DNA from: Daejeonella sp.
GTDB taxonomy: Bacteria > Bacteroidota > Bacteroidia > Sphingobacteriales > Sphingobacteriaceae
NCBI RefSeq assembly: GCF_017495225.1
Contig: NZ_JAFEIG010000015.1
Coordinates: 35,957 to 99,956 of the forward strand
Length of the DNA: 64,000 nt
Direction of reading: 5' to 3'
Part shown: positions 37,331-47,681 of the stretch, in pieces
Layout: every line of letters begins with the position of its first letter
How positions within the stretch are numbered: the first letter of the stretch is position 1
The notes under the pieces: generated by a model
What the model was told of the DNA's origin: nothing
The model's database searches: none
What the model saw: only the letters and a program-made list of their open reading frames with translations
Translations under genes and position numbers: made by a program

Positions 37331-38692
37331 ATGTGGTATAATAATATTCTTGAAACCATAGGAAACACTCCCTTGGTAAAATTGAACAATATAACAAAGG
37401 GTGTTAAAGCTACGGTTTTAGCAAAAATCGAAACTACCAATCCAGGTAATTCTATTAAAGATAGGATGGCTGTGAAGATGATTGAAGATGCGGAGCGTAG
37501 TGGTATTTTGAAGCCTGGAGGAACAATCATTGAAGGTACATCTGGTAATACGGGAATGGGTTTGGCAATGGCTGCAATTATCAAGGGTTATAAATGTATT
37601 TTTACTACTACCGATAAACAATCGAAAGAAAAGGTAGATGCTCTGCGTGCTTTTGGTGCCGAGGTAATTGTTTGCCCTACCAACGTAGAACCGGAAGATC
37701 CAAGATCATATTATTCTGTTTCTTCGCGACTAGAGCGTGAAGTTCCCAATTCATGGAAGCCTAATCAATATGATAATTTATCGAATTCTTTAGCACATTA
37801 TGAGCAAACGGGACCAGAAATTTGGGCACAAACAGAGGGTAAAATTACCCATCTAGTTGTTGGCGTAGGTACTGGAGGTACGATTTCTGGTACAGGAAGA
37901 TATTTAAAGGAGAAGAATCCTAATATTAAAATTTGGGGTATTGATACCTATGGGTCTGTCTTTAAAAAATATAAAGAAACAGGCATTTTTGATAAAAATG
38001 AGATTTACCCATACATTACAGAAGGTATTGGTGAAGATTTCTTACCACAAAACGTGGATTTTAACGTAATTGACCGATTTGAGAAAGTAACAGACAAGGA
38101 TGCTGCTTTAATGACTCGTGATATCGCAAGGAAAGAAGGAATTTTTGCTGGGAACTCTGCAGGTTCGGCACTTGCGGGACTCATGCAAATGAAGGATGAG
38201 CTTAAAGAAAGTGATGTTGTAGTCATTATTTTCCATGACCATGGATCTCGATACATGGCTAAAATGTATAATGAAGATTGGTTAAGAGAGCGTGGATTCT
38301 TAGAAGATGAAAAATTGACTGCAAAGTCGATTTTGACAAAACGTGGCCGACAAGAAATTGTGACTATTGATTGTGAGCAATCTGTTTTACAGGCAATTAA
38401 TACAATTAAATCTTTAAATATTTCTCAAATTCCGGTAACTCAAAAAGGAATGGTTGTTGGTAAAATTACTGAAAGTGATATTTTAAGTGCTGTTTTAGAA
38501 AATCCTGCCCTTCGTTCAGGTAGTGTTAAGGATATCATGACTGCCTCATTTCCTTTTGTTGATTTGAATACCTCCATAGATAAAATCACTTCCATAATTA
38601 ATAAAGAAAATATGGCTGTTTTAGTGGAGGATGGGAATGGTAATATCGAAATTATTACTCAGTATGACATTATTAATGCTATTTCAGGATAA
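37331..38692 (+). CDS. Cystathionine beta-synthase with C-terminal CBS domains
   Basis: NPGNSIKDR (PLP Lys), GTSGNTG, GVGTGGT, EGIGED, CBS pair; the track's GTG start lies inside the repeat. Confidence 0.9.
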   Translation: MWYNNILETIGNTPLVKLNNITKGVKATVLAKIETTNPGNSIKDRMAVKMIEDAERSGILKPGGTIIEGTSGNTGMGLAMAAIIKGYKCIFTTTDKQSKEKVDALRAFGAEVIVCPTNVEPEDPRSYYSVSSRLEREVPNSWKPNQYDNLSNSLAHYEQTGPEIWAQTEGKITHLVVGVGTGGTISGTGRYLKEKNPNIKIWGIDTYGSVFKKYKETGIFDKNEIYPYITEGIGEDFLPQNVDFNVIDRFEKVTDKDAALMTRDIARKEGIFAGNSAGSALAGLMQMKDELKESDVVVIIFHDHGSRYMAKMYNEDWLRERGFLEDEKLTAKSILTKRGRQEIVTIDCEQSVLQAINTIKSLNISQIPVTQKGMVVGKITESDILSAVLENPALRSGSVKDIMTASFPFVDLNTSIDKITSIINKENMAVLVEDGNGNIEIITQYDIINAISG

Positions 38693-39092
38693 TAAATCTT
38701 TTGATTTTCTATTGGTGTGTGGTGCTTATTATTAATCCTCCACCAGTTACCATAGTTGAATAAATTTTTTAGTGTTTCGATCATTTCCTACAATTCTTGA
38801 TTTTACAAAGCCTTTGAAATGCCTGTAAATTTTTGCCTTGTGAAGGCATTTATTAGGAATGTAGCCCTATAAAAATGAGCTTATCGTAATTTGAGATGCT
38901 GGTTTTTTTGAAAGTAATGGACTGATTTTGAGTATCTATGCTAATAAATTCCTCCTTAATAAACTCGATTCAGATTTTCTCTGGAATCAATCTTTATAAG
39001 GTTTTATTTTCTCAAATTTCTTATATACATCTATGCTCAAGAGAAATGAAATAATCTCTTACTATAGATGAAATCCAATAAATACTTTCTTT

Positions 39093-40418
39093 CTAGTGCC
39101 CTTTAGCGGTCGCATCAATTCTTCTAATATCTGCTCCTAAAGCTCTTAATCGCTCATCAATATCTTGATAGCCACGTTCAATTTGTTCGATATTATAAAT
39201 AATTGAGGTGCCTTGAGCAGAAAGGGCGGCAATTAATAAAGAAACTCCTGCTCTGATATCTGGGGAAGTCATTTCTATACCACGAAGTCTCACTTTTTTA
39301 TCAAGACCGATAACTGTTGCACGATGTGGATCGCATAAAATAATTTGTGCACCCATGTCGATTAGTTTATCGACAAAGAAAAGGCGACTTTCGAACATTT
39401 TTTGGTGAATTAAGACATTCCCTTTGGCTTGAGTAGCAACAACGAGCATGATACTCAATAAATCTGGGGTAAATCCAGGCCAAGGAGCATCTGCAATAGT
39501 CATGATTGAGCCATCGATGAAGGTTTCAACTTCATATGATTTCTGAGCTGGGATGAAAATATCATCACCTCGTAATTCAAGCTTTATTCCAAGCTTTTTG
39601 AATACCTCAGGAATCATCCCAAGTTCTTGAAATTGAACATTTTTAATAGTGATTTCAGACTCAGTCATGGCTGCTAGTCCGATGAACGATCCAATTTCAA
39701 TCATATCAGGCAATAGACGGTGTTCAGTCCCGCCCAGCTTTGTCACTCCTTCAATTTTTAAAAGGTTTGAGCCTACGCCTGTAATTTTGGCCCCCATACG
39801 ATTGAGCATTTTGCACAATTGTTGAAGGTATGGTTCGCATGCAGCATTGTAAATGGTTGTTGTTCCTTTGGCTAAAACTGCAGCCATAACTACGTTTGCA
39901 GTACCTGTTACAGAAGCTTCATCTAAAAGGATATAAGCACCTTGAAGATTACTTGCGTCTACATTAAAGAAATCTGTTTTCTTATCGTAAATAAATTTGG
40001 CTCCTAATTTTTCGAAACCTAAAAAGTGTGTATCTAGCCTTCTGCGGCCAATTTTATCGCCTCCAGGTTTAGGTATTGCGGCTTTTCCGAAACGGGCTAG
40101 GAGCGGACCAACAATCATAATTGATCCTCTTAGACTACCACCTTTTGATCTAAAGGTCTCAGATTTAAAAAATTCAAGATTTATATTTTTTGCTTCAAAG
40201 GTATAGGTGTCTTTGCTTAAACGCTCTACTTTAACCCCTAAATCGCCTATGAGTTCGATTAATTTATTCACATCCTTGATGTCCGGAATATTACTAATCG
40301 TGATTTTTTCTTCAGTAAGAAGTACTGCTGAAATAATTTGTAATGCTTCGTTTTTTGCTCCCTGAGGAATAATTTCGCCTTTTAGGGGCTTACCACCAAC
40401 AATTTCAAATGCGTTCAT
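39093..40418 (-). CDS. murA: UDP-N-acetylglucosamine 1-carboxyvinyltransferase
   Basis: GAKNEAL, PGGDKIGRR, SVTGTAN, EPY, PWPGFTPD, DIRAG. Confidence 0.96.
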   Translation of the reverse strand: MNAFEIVGGKPLKGEIIPQGAKNEALQIISAVLLTEEKITISNIPDIKDVNKLIELIGDLGVKVERLSKDTYTFEAKNINLEFFKSETFRSKGGSLRGSIMIVGPLLARFGKAAIPKPGGDKIGRRRLDTHFLGFEKLGAKFIYDKKTDFFNVDASNLQGAYILLDEASVTGTANVVMAAVLAKGTTTIYNAACEPYLQQLCKMLNRMGAKITGVGSNLLKIEGVTKLGGTEHRLLPDMIEIGSFIGLAAMTESEITIKNVQFQELGMIPEVFKKLGIKLELRGDDIFIPAQKSYEVETFIDGSIMTIADAPWPGFTPDLLSIMLVVATQAKGNVLIHQKMFESRLFFVDKLIDMGAQIILCDPHRATVIGLDKKVRLRGIEMTSPDIRAGVSLLIAALSAQGTSIIYNIEQIERGYQDIDERLRALGADIRRIDATAKGH

Positions 40419-40552
40419 CTGTACTGATATGTTTTAAATAATAGATTTTATAATTGGAAAGTGCTAATTTACAAAAACTAGTTTTTGTTCCTTAAATAAA
40501 TTAGAATTGTCTTGTAATATATTGATAATCAATAGGTGTAAAATTTACAATT

Positions 40553-41227
40553 TTAGTATCTTTTACTACCTTGATTATTTGTTCTTTGTCGGTTAGAGCC
40601 AGGATTATTACGATTTGTATTTTGTCGTCCTTTATTTTGGTTAGAATTTCTTTGTCTGCTAGGTGATGCCACTTGACGTACATCTACACGTTGAAGATTT
40701 ACATTTTCTTCAAGCTGCAAGGCACCATTCGACATTTCACGTAAATCTTTGATGATGGTTTCATCGGCAACACTATCCTTATTCCAAGTTACGTAAGCCA
40801 TTTTCATGAAATTAGCAATCGACTGAACCATAGCTTGTTTTTTTTCTGGTTCCTCAATAGCCTTGGCTTTGCTGATCATTAATTCTACAGTTTTCCCATA
40901 ATGCTTGTATTTTATCCGCTGTTGTGGGTAGGATAAAGGAGCAGGTTTAAATCTGATAGCATCCTCAGAAGGTTTTGGATAGGGCGAATCAACATCGATT
41001 TTAAAATCAGAAATAATGTGAAGATGATCCCATAATTTATGCTTGAAGTCGGCCACATCACGCAAATGAGGGTTTAAAAAACCCATTAAATCGATCACTA
41101 CCTGAGCATAACGATTTCTCTCATCTTTGGTAGGTAAATCCACAATATATTTAACCATATTTTGAACATTACGTCCATATTCGGCCAATATTAATTTTTT
41201 CCTGGTGGTATTATAATCGAATGTCAT
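40553..41227 (-). CDS. DUF4290-like protein
   Basis: YNTTR..EYGRNVQ, KLWDHL, YGK; typical position upstream of murA in Bacteroidota. Confidence 0.85.
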   Translation of the reverse strand: MTFDYNTTRKKLILAEYGRNVQNMVKYIVDLPTKDERNRYAQVVIDLMGFLNPHLRDVADFKHKLWDHLHIISDFKIDVDSPYPKPSEDAIRFKPAPLSYPQQRIKYKHYGKTVELMISKAKAIEEPEKKQAMVQSIANFMKMAYVTWNKDSVADETIIKDLREMSNGALQLEENVNLQRVDVRQVASPSRQRNSNQNKGRQNTNRNNPGSNRQRTNNQGSKRY

Positions 41228-41290
41228 TGTTATTTTTTTATTTCGCAGAACAAATATGCGGTTTAAATGCGTTAAAACGCGATTTTGATT

Positions 41291-43561
41291 TTATTTTATA
41301 ATTCTCAATTTAGCAAATTTTAACAATAATTGCTTCTGTCCTAAATCTTTAAAGAAAATTGTTGCTTTTAAGTCGGGTTTGTTGCCTTCCAAATTGATTA
41401 CTTTGCCAAATCCGAAGCGTTCATGTTCAACTTCCATGCCGACTTGGAGTCCCGAGGTATCAGATGGACTAAAGCCTTCACTTGGCACATGTGCCTTGGG
41501 TAAAATGGAGCTTGTTCTTGGGATAGATGCTGGTTTAGGCTTGCTAAAGGTCTCTTTTTGCTGCCATGCCGAACGCTCCTCATCAAAAAATGGGTTGTCT
41601 GATTTCTTTTGCTGTGGCTTAAAATCAAGCTCCAGAAAGCGTGCATCAATTTCTTCAATAAAACGACTTGGTTCACAGCTGGTTAATGTTCCCCAGCGAT
41701 AACGCGATGTGGCATAAGAAAGATTCAGTTTTTTCCCTGCACGGGTAATCGCTACATAAAATAATCTACGCTCTTCCTCCAAATCGGTTCTTGAGCTTAA
41801 TGACATTTGTGAAGGGAATAAGTTTTCTTCAAGTCCCACAACAAAAACATTATCAAATTCTAATCCCTTTGCCGAATGGATTGTCATTAATGAAACGGTA
41901 TCTGCATCGGGGTTTTTATCATTATCATCGTTGGTAAGAAGTGCAATATCCTGCATGAAAATATCGAGACTTCGCTCCTCAATGTCCTCACGCTCACTAA
42001 ATTCTTTGATACCATTCAATAATTCCTGAATATTTTCATACCTGCTTAATCCTTCAACTGATTTATCGGAATAAAGTTCCTTTAAAATGGTTGAATGTTG
42101 TGCAATATGAAGTGCTGTATCGTAGGCCGAATGAGTTTTGGTCATTACCTGAAAGCTCTGTATCAACACCGCAAAATTGGCAACAGAAGTACAACTACGC
42201 GAATCTAGGTAGCTGTGGGCATTGCAAATTACATCCCAAATGCTTATATTATGTTGATCAGCGGCAATCATGATGCGCTCTATTGTCGTATCTCCAATTC
42301 CCCGACGAGGATAATTGATAATTCGTTTTATCGCTTCCTCGTCATTCGGGTTAAATGTTACGCGGAAATAAGCAATAAGGTCTTTAATCTCCTTTCTCTG
42401 GTAAAATGATAGTCCCCCGTAAATTTTATAAGGTACATTCAACTTTCTAAGTGCCTCTTCCATCGCTCTTGATTGTGCATTAGTGCGATATAAAATGGCA
42501 AAATCATGGTATTTTGAGCCTTTAAGAGCTTGTTCTTGGGCAATTCCTTCCGCAACTATTTTTCCCTCTTCGTTATCGCTAAAAGCGCGACTAACCTTTA
42601 TTTTATCGCCTTCTTCATTATCCGAGAAAACAGATTTCTTAAGCTGATTTTTGTTGTTAGCGATAATGCTGTTTGCTACCTTAACAATGTTTTGTGTAGA
42701 GCGATAGTTTTGCTCCAATTTATAGACTTTTAAGTCCGGATAATCTTTCTCGAAATTCAGAATGTTCTGAATATTAGCCCCACGAAAGGCATAAATACTC
42801 TGTGCATCATCCCCAACAACACATATATTTTCATTGTTTGCAGCAAGCTTTTTTACAATTAAATATTGAGAATAATTGGTATCCTGATACTCATCTACCA
42901 TCAAATACTTGAACTTATTCTGGTATTTATATAAAACTTCTGGATGTTCTTTTAAAAGCACATTGGTCTTGTAAAGTAAATCATCAAAGTCCATTGCACC
43001 CGCTTTAAAGCACCTCTGAGCATAAATTTGATAGATTTCGCCAATGCTGCCACGTCCCGTTGAAAAATCTTCAGCCTGAATTTGAGCATTTTGTAAATAG
43101 GCCGCAGGGGATACTAAATTATTTTTGGAAGATGAAATACGGTTGTAAACGAAATTTACATTGTAGAGTTTTTCGTCTAACTGCTTTTCTTTAACAATTG
43201 TACGTAGCAGACTCTTGCTATCGTCGGTATCGTAAATGGTGAAATTACTTGGGTAGCCAATCTTCTCTGATTCTACTCTTAAAAGCTTAGCAAAAACAGA
43301 GTGGAAGGTTCCCATCCATATATTTTTGGCTTCGGTTCCCACAACTTTCATGATACGCTCACGCATCTCCTTAGCCGCTTTATTGGTGAAAGTTAGAACA
43401 AGAATATTGAATGGATCAACCTCCTTTTTGATCAAGTGAGCAACACGATAAGTTATTACACGTGTCTTCCCTGACCCTGCTCCCGCAACTATCATCACCG
43501 GTCCTTCGGTTTGCTCTACTGCCGCTCGCTGCGAAGGATTTAATCCATCTAAATAATCCAA
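41291..43561 (-). CDS. uvrD: UvrD/PcrA superfamily-1 DNA helicase
   Basis: AGAGSGKT, TFTNKAA, VDEYQD, LEQNYRST, TIHSAKGLEF, EERRLFYVAITR, Tudor-like tail. Confidence 0.93.
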   Translation of the reverse strand: MDYLDGLNPSQRAAVEQTEGPVMIVAGAGSGKTRVITYRVAHLIKKEVDPFNILVLTFTNKAAKEMRERIMKVVGTEAKNIWMGTFHSVFAKLLRVESEKIGYPSNFTIYDTDDSKSLLRTIVKEKQLDEKLYNVNFVYNRISSSKNNLVSPAAYLQNAQIQAEDFSTGRGSIGEIYQIYAQRCFKAGAMDFDDLLYKTNVLLKEHPEVLYKYQNKFKYLMVDEYQDTNYSQYLIVKKLAANNENICVVGDDAQSIYAFRGANIQNILNFEKDYPDLKVYKLEQNYRSTQNIVKVANSIIANNKNQLKKSVFSDNEEGDKIKVSRAFSDNEEGKIVAEGIAQEQALKGSKYHDFAILYRTNAQSRAMEEALRKLNVPYKIYGGLSFYQRKEIKDLIAYFRVTFNPNDEEAIKRIINYPRRGIGDTTIERIMIAADQHNISIWDVICNAHSYLDSRSCTSVANFAVLIQSFQVMTKTHSAYDTALHIAQHSTILKELYSDKSVEGLSRYENIQELLNGIKEFSEREDIEERSLDIFMQDIALLTNDDNDKNPDADTVSLMTIHSAKGLEFDNVFVVGLEENLFPSQMSLSSRTDLEEERRLFYVAITRAGKKLNLSYATSRYRWGTLTSCEPSRFIEEIDARFLELDFKPQQKKSDNPFFDEERSAWQQKETFSKPKPASIPRTSSILPKAHVPSEGFSPSDTSGLQVGMEVEHERFGFGKVINLEGNKPDLKATIFFKDLGQKQLLLKFAKLRIIK

Positions 43562-43749
43562 AATCTACTCCTGTTTTTAATCTGCTAAATTAATAAAGAG
43601 ATTTGAGATTTAGGGATTTGATGATCAAGAATTTATCCACGATGACTAGCTATTTTTATGCCTCTAATAGGCTTGAGAATTCCTTAAATGCAGAATAATT
43701 AGCTAAAATCTTTAAATAATATCTTTTAAATTAATATTTTATCTTTAAA

Positions 43750-44289
43750 CTAAAAGCTTATTTTGCCTTTGATTTGGCTTTCGATTAAACGGAGGCTTTT
43801 GGGATTTTTATCTTTATAAAAATTGATAATGTTTTGCTGACCTGGAAAATTTTTAAACAAGATACTGTTTTTAATTTCTGCAGTTTTAGGTGCGGGAACA
43901 TTTACTGCTTCAATATAAATCCAGGCTACATCTTCCTCAATTTCATATCCTAGGTAATTTAATGCTATTTTTTTTCCGTTGATATAAATATCGGTATGTT
44001 CTAAAATATACCTCCCAACTAATTTATTAAGTTCTTCTTTATTGCTAGGTTTTAAAAAATTGACTTTAGTTTTTGAATAATCGTTAAGCTCCACTTCTAA
44101 ATCATCCCAAAATATTTTTTCAGATATTTCAAGCGATTTTTGAGCAGCATTAAATTTTATTTCTGTCATGCTGATATGGAAGGGATGAAGGATTGCATTG
44201 ATTCCTTTTAGCTTGAGAGGCGTGCCTGCATCGAGCTGATTTATTGCCAAGACCATTAAAAAGACAAGCAAAAAATACTTTTTTAACAT
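43750..44289 (-). CDS. DUF6702-like exported protein
   Basis: Signal peptide, HPFHIS, KIFWDDLE, GYEIEED, QQNIIN. Confidence 0.75.
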   Translation of the reverse strand: MLKKYFLLVFLMVLAINQLDAGTPLKLKGINAILHPFHISMTEIKFNAAQKSLEISEKIFWDDLEVELNDYSKTKVNFLKPSNKEELNKLVGRYILEHTDIYINGKKIALNYLGYEIEEDVAWIYIEAVNVPAPKTAEIKNSILFKNFPGQQNIINFYKDKNPKSLRLIESQIKGKISF

Positions 44290-44363
44290 ATTCTATTTAT
44301 TTTGATGCAAAATAACCAATTTTATCGATGTATATTTTTTCAATTTTTAAATAAAAATATGGA

Positions 44364-44945
44364 ATGAATCAGTTTGAATTATATTTTGGCCTAGGGGTAT
44401 CGCATATACTTGATATTGAGGGATATGATCATATTCTTTTTGTGATATCCTTATGCACCATTTATACCTTTGTAGATTGGCGAAAAATCTTGGTTTTAGT
44501 TACTGCTTTTACCATTGGTCATTCATTGACTCTTGCATTGGCAACATTGAAATTTATTTCTGTCAATGCCTCATTTATTGAGTTTTTAATTCCCGTAACT
44601 ATTGCCATTACATCCGCATCAAATTTGCTTAATACTCAGCCCAAAAATGAAAAGGCTATTTCTTTAAACTATTTTTTCGCCTTGTTTTTTGGATTAATTC
44701 ACGGTTTAGGCTTTTCAAATTTTTTAAAATCTTTACTAGGGAAGGAGAGTTCCATTTTAGAACCTTTGCTTGCTTTTAATTTAGGATTGGAACTTGGTCA
44801 AATAGTAATTGTAATCGCATTTTTAGCCCTGACCTTTGTTTTGATTAATGTGTTGAAAGTGAGACAAAAGCTTTGGATTCAAATTGTATCGATTATTGTT
44901 TTTCTAGTATCTATTTATTTAATTTATGAAGCTAAATTTTGGTAA
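44364..44945 (+). CDS. HupE/UreJ-family membrane protein
   Basis: G..HIL..GYDHILF, FTIGHSLTL, GLIHGLGF, FNLGLELGQ. Confidence 0.88.
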   Translation: MNQFELYFGLGVSHILDIEGYDHILFVISLCTIYTFVDWRKILVLVTAFTIGHSLTLALATLKFISVNASFIEFLIPVTIAITSASNLLNTQPKNEKAISLNYFFALFFGLIHGLGFSNFLKSLLGKESSILEPLLAFNLGLELGQIVIVIAFLALTFVLINVLKVRQKLWIQIVSIIVFLVSIYLIYEAKFW

Positions 44946-45102
44946 AAATCTAGTGATAATCATCTTTATGTAAAAAATCAATTTTGATTAAAATTTAAAT
45001 AATGTACATTTAGCTTTCAATTAAAATTAAAAATTTATTAGCCAATTTTATTCCAAGAATTCATTTTCAAGCTTCCGTGGGATTAAATTTAATTTATCAA
45101 AA

Positions 45103-47439
45103 ATGACTAGAAAATTATTTCTTCTTTGTGTCGGGTTTTTAAGTTCTGTATCGGTTTTTGCTCAGTGGTCTGAACAAAATCATGCTGAAAGATTCGAGCA
45201 ATTGGGTCCGATGTTACGCTCCCCAAATGTGTATCGTACTGCATCTGGAGCACCAGGGCATATGTATTGGCAGCAAAAAGCTGACCATGAAATTTCTGTC
45301 GAGCTTAATGATGATAATCAGTCTATAAAGGGCTGGCAGAAAGTTACTTACTACAATAACTCACCTGATCCTCTAAATTATTTATGGATTCAGCTTGATC
45401 AAAATGAGCGTGCTAAGGATTCAAATACTCCTAAAATCGCTGAAAATAGAATTAGCCCTAGAATGTCGATGGGACAATTGCAGTCTATTTTATACCATGA
45501 TCTTGATTTAGGCTATAAAATTATCTATGTGAAAGATATGGCTGGTAAAGATATTCCAGTGACTATCAATCAAACGATGATGCGCATGGATTTGGCTACC
45601 CCTTTAAAGCCAGGTCAGAAAATGGAGTTTACTATGGAGTGGACTTTCAATATTCATGATCGTGTGAGTTTCTTAGGTGGAAGACCAGGTTACGAATATT
45701 TCGAAAAAGATGGTAATTACCTTTATACAATGGCTGAGTGGTTCCCACGTATGGCTGTTTACTCTGATTTTCAGGGATGGCAACACAAACAATTTGTGGG
45801 TAGAGGCGAGTTTGCTTTAACTTTTGGAGATTATAAGGTTAAAATTACTGTGCCAGCTGATCACATGGTTGGTTCAACAGGTGTACTTCAAAATGCGAAA
45901 CAGGTTTTAAGCGCTACTGAATTTGAGCGCTGGGAAAAAGCAAAAAGAACATATGATAAGCCTGTAGTTATTCGTACGCAATCAGAAGCTGAGAAATTGG
46001 AAAAAGTTAGAGCTAAGGACAAGAAAACTTGGATTTATCATGCTCAAAATGTGAGAGATTTTGCTTGGACTTCATCTCGTAAATTTATTTGGGATGCCAT
46101 GGCGGTTAAACAAACTGGTAGCGATGTGATGGCTATGTCTTACTATGGTAAAGAAGGGAATCCACTTTGGGAGCAGTATTCAACTCGTGTTGTTGCTCAT
46201 ACGATCAAATCTTATGGTTCACGTACTTTTGATTATCCATATCCTGTAGCAATTTCTGTTGAAGCTTCAAATGGTATGGAATACCCAATGATCTGCTTTA
46301 ACTATGGTCGCCCGGATGCTGATGGCACTTATTCTGATGCTATTAAATATGGTATGATTTCAGTAATTATTCATGAGGTGGGTCATAATTTCTTCCCAAT
46401 GATTGTAAATTCTGATGAACGTCAGTGGAGCTGGATGGATGAGGGCTTGAATACCTTTATGCAATATATGGCTGAGCAAGAGTGGGATAGAAATTATCCT
46501 TCAAGTAGAGGTCCAGCACATAAAATTGTTCCATACATGAGAAGTGAAAAGCATTTGCTTGAGCCAATCATGACCAATTCAGAGAATATTATTCAATTCG
46601 GTCCTAATGCTTATGCTAAACCTGCAACTGCATTAAATATCTTACGTGAAACCGTAATGGGACGTGAATTATTTGATTATGCATTTAAGCAATATGCTCA
46701 ACGCTGGATGTTTAAACACCCTACACCAGATGATTTATTCCGCACTTTGGAAGATGCTTCTTCAGTAGATTTAGATTGGTTCTGGAGAGGATGGTTTATG
46801 GGTACAGAGCCTGTTGATATTTCTGTAGAAAGTGCAAAATGGTATAAGCTTGATAATCGTACTCCTAAAGAAAAGAAGGCTGATGATAAAAAAGCATTTG
46901 ATCGTGAAGCTAGTTCAATTAGTACCATCAATAACCAAAAGGATATCCCTCAAACAGTTTTAGAGGCTGATCCTGCAACCCGCGATTTCTATAATTCATA
47001 TAATCCATTTACAGTTACTCCGGATGATGAGAAAGCTTATGCTGATTTTATGAGTCGCCTTTCTCCAAAAGAAAAGGAAATGATTAATAGCGGATTGAAT
47101 TTCTATGAACTTAAATTCAGAAATGTAGGTGGATTAGTGATGCCATTAATCATTCAATTTAATTTTGTGGATGGTACTTCAGAAATCAAACGTATTCCTG
47201 CTGAAATCTGGAGATTAAATGAATGGGAAGTTTCAAAGGTTTTTGCTTTCAATAAGGAAGTTAAAGGCATTGTACTTGACCCAATTCGTGAAACAGCTGA
47301 TATCAACGAAGAAAATAACTATTGGCCACGTCAATTTACGCCAAGCCGTTTTGAATTATTTAAAGGAACAGGTGGCCCTAGAGGAAGCTCTAGCGGTGCT
47401 ATGAGTCCGATGAAAAAAGCAAAAGCTGGGAATAAATAG
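45103..47439 (+). CDS. M1-family zinc aminopeptidase, exported
   Basis: Signal peptide, GMEYP, HEVGH..MDEG. Confidence 0.9.
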   Translation: MTRKLFLLCVGFLSSVSVFAQWSEQNHAERFEQLGPMLRSPNVYRTASGAPGHMYWQQKADHEISVELNDDNQSIKGWQKVTYYNNSPDPLNYLWIQLDQNERAKDSNTPKIAENRISPRMSMGQLQSILYHDLDLGYKIIYVKDMAGKDIPVTINQTMMRMDLATPLKPGQKMEFTMEWTFNIHDRVSFLGGRPGYEYFEKDGNYLYTMAEWFPRMAVYSDFQGWQHKQFVGRGEFALTFGDYKVKITVPADHMVGSTGVLQNAKQVLSATEFERWEKAKRTYDKPVVIRTQSEAEKLEKVRAKDKKTWIYHAQNVRDFAWTSSRKFIWDAMAVKQTGSDVMAMSYYGKEGNPLWEQYSTRVVAHTIKSYGSRTFDYPYPVAISVEASNGMEYPMICFNYGRPDADGTYSDAIKYGMISVIIHEVGHNFFPMIVNSDERQWSWMDEGLNTFMQYMAEQEWDRNYPSSRGPAHKIVPYMRSEKHLLEPIMTNSENIIQFGPNAYAKPATALNILRETVMGRELFDYAFKQYAQRWMFKHPTPDDLFRTLEDASSVDLDWFWRGWFMGTEPVDISVESAKWYKLDNRTPKEKKADDKKAFDREASSISTINNQKDIPQTVLEADPATRDFYNSYNPFTVTPDDEKAYADFMSRLSPKEKEMINSGLNFYELKFRNVGGLVMPLIIQFNFVDGTSEIKRIPAEIWRLNEWEVSKVFAFNKEVKGIVLDPIRETADINEENNYWPRQFTPSRFELFKGTGGPRGSSSGAMSPMKKAKAGNK

Positions 47440-47459
47440 TCTTTTTATATTAAAAACCC

Positions 47460-47494
47460 AAAGCCTGAATGAACAAAATCATTCAGGCTTTTTT
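47460..47494 (+). terminator. Intrinsic terminator
   Basis: AAAGCCTGAATG..CATTCAGGCTTTTTT. Confidence 0.85.
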
Positions 47495-47681
47495 ATGCTT
47501 TAGATTTTAATTGAAAAAGACTTAATATAAATCTTTAATATCTTAACATTAAAAGAAATATTTTTTCTTTTGAATTAATATTGTGAGCTTTTAGCTTCTA
47601 TGTTTATTAAAATTCGGTCAAATTTATATTCCTTGTTTAAGGCTAGACTTAGATTTATATCTTTGTAACAAAACCAATTGT

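Noticed and set aside
38659-38784. 41-aa minus-strand ORF (MIETLKNLFNYGNWW..) in the CBS-murA gap
   Set aside because: Overlaps the CBS 3' end; no motif or clear promoter; unsupported
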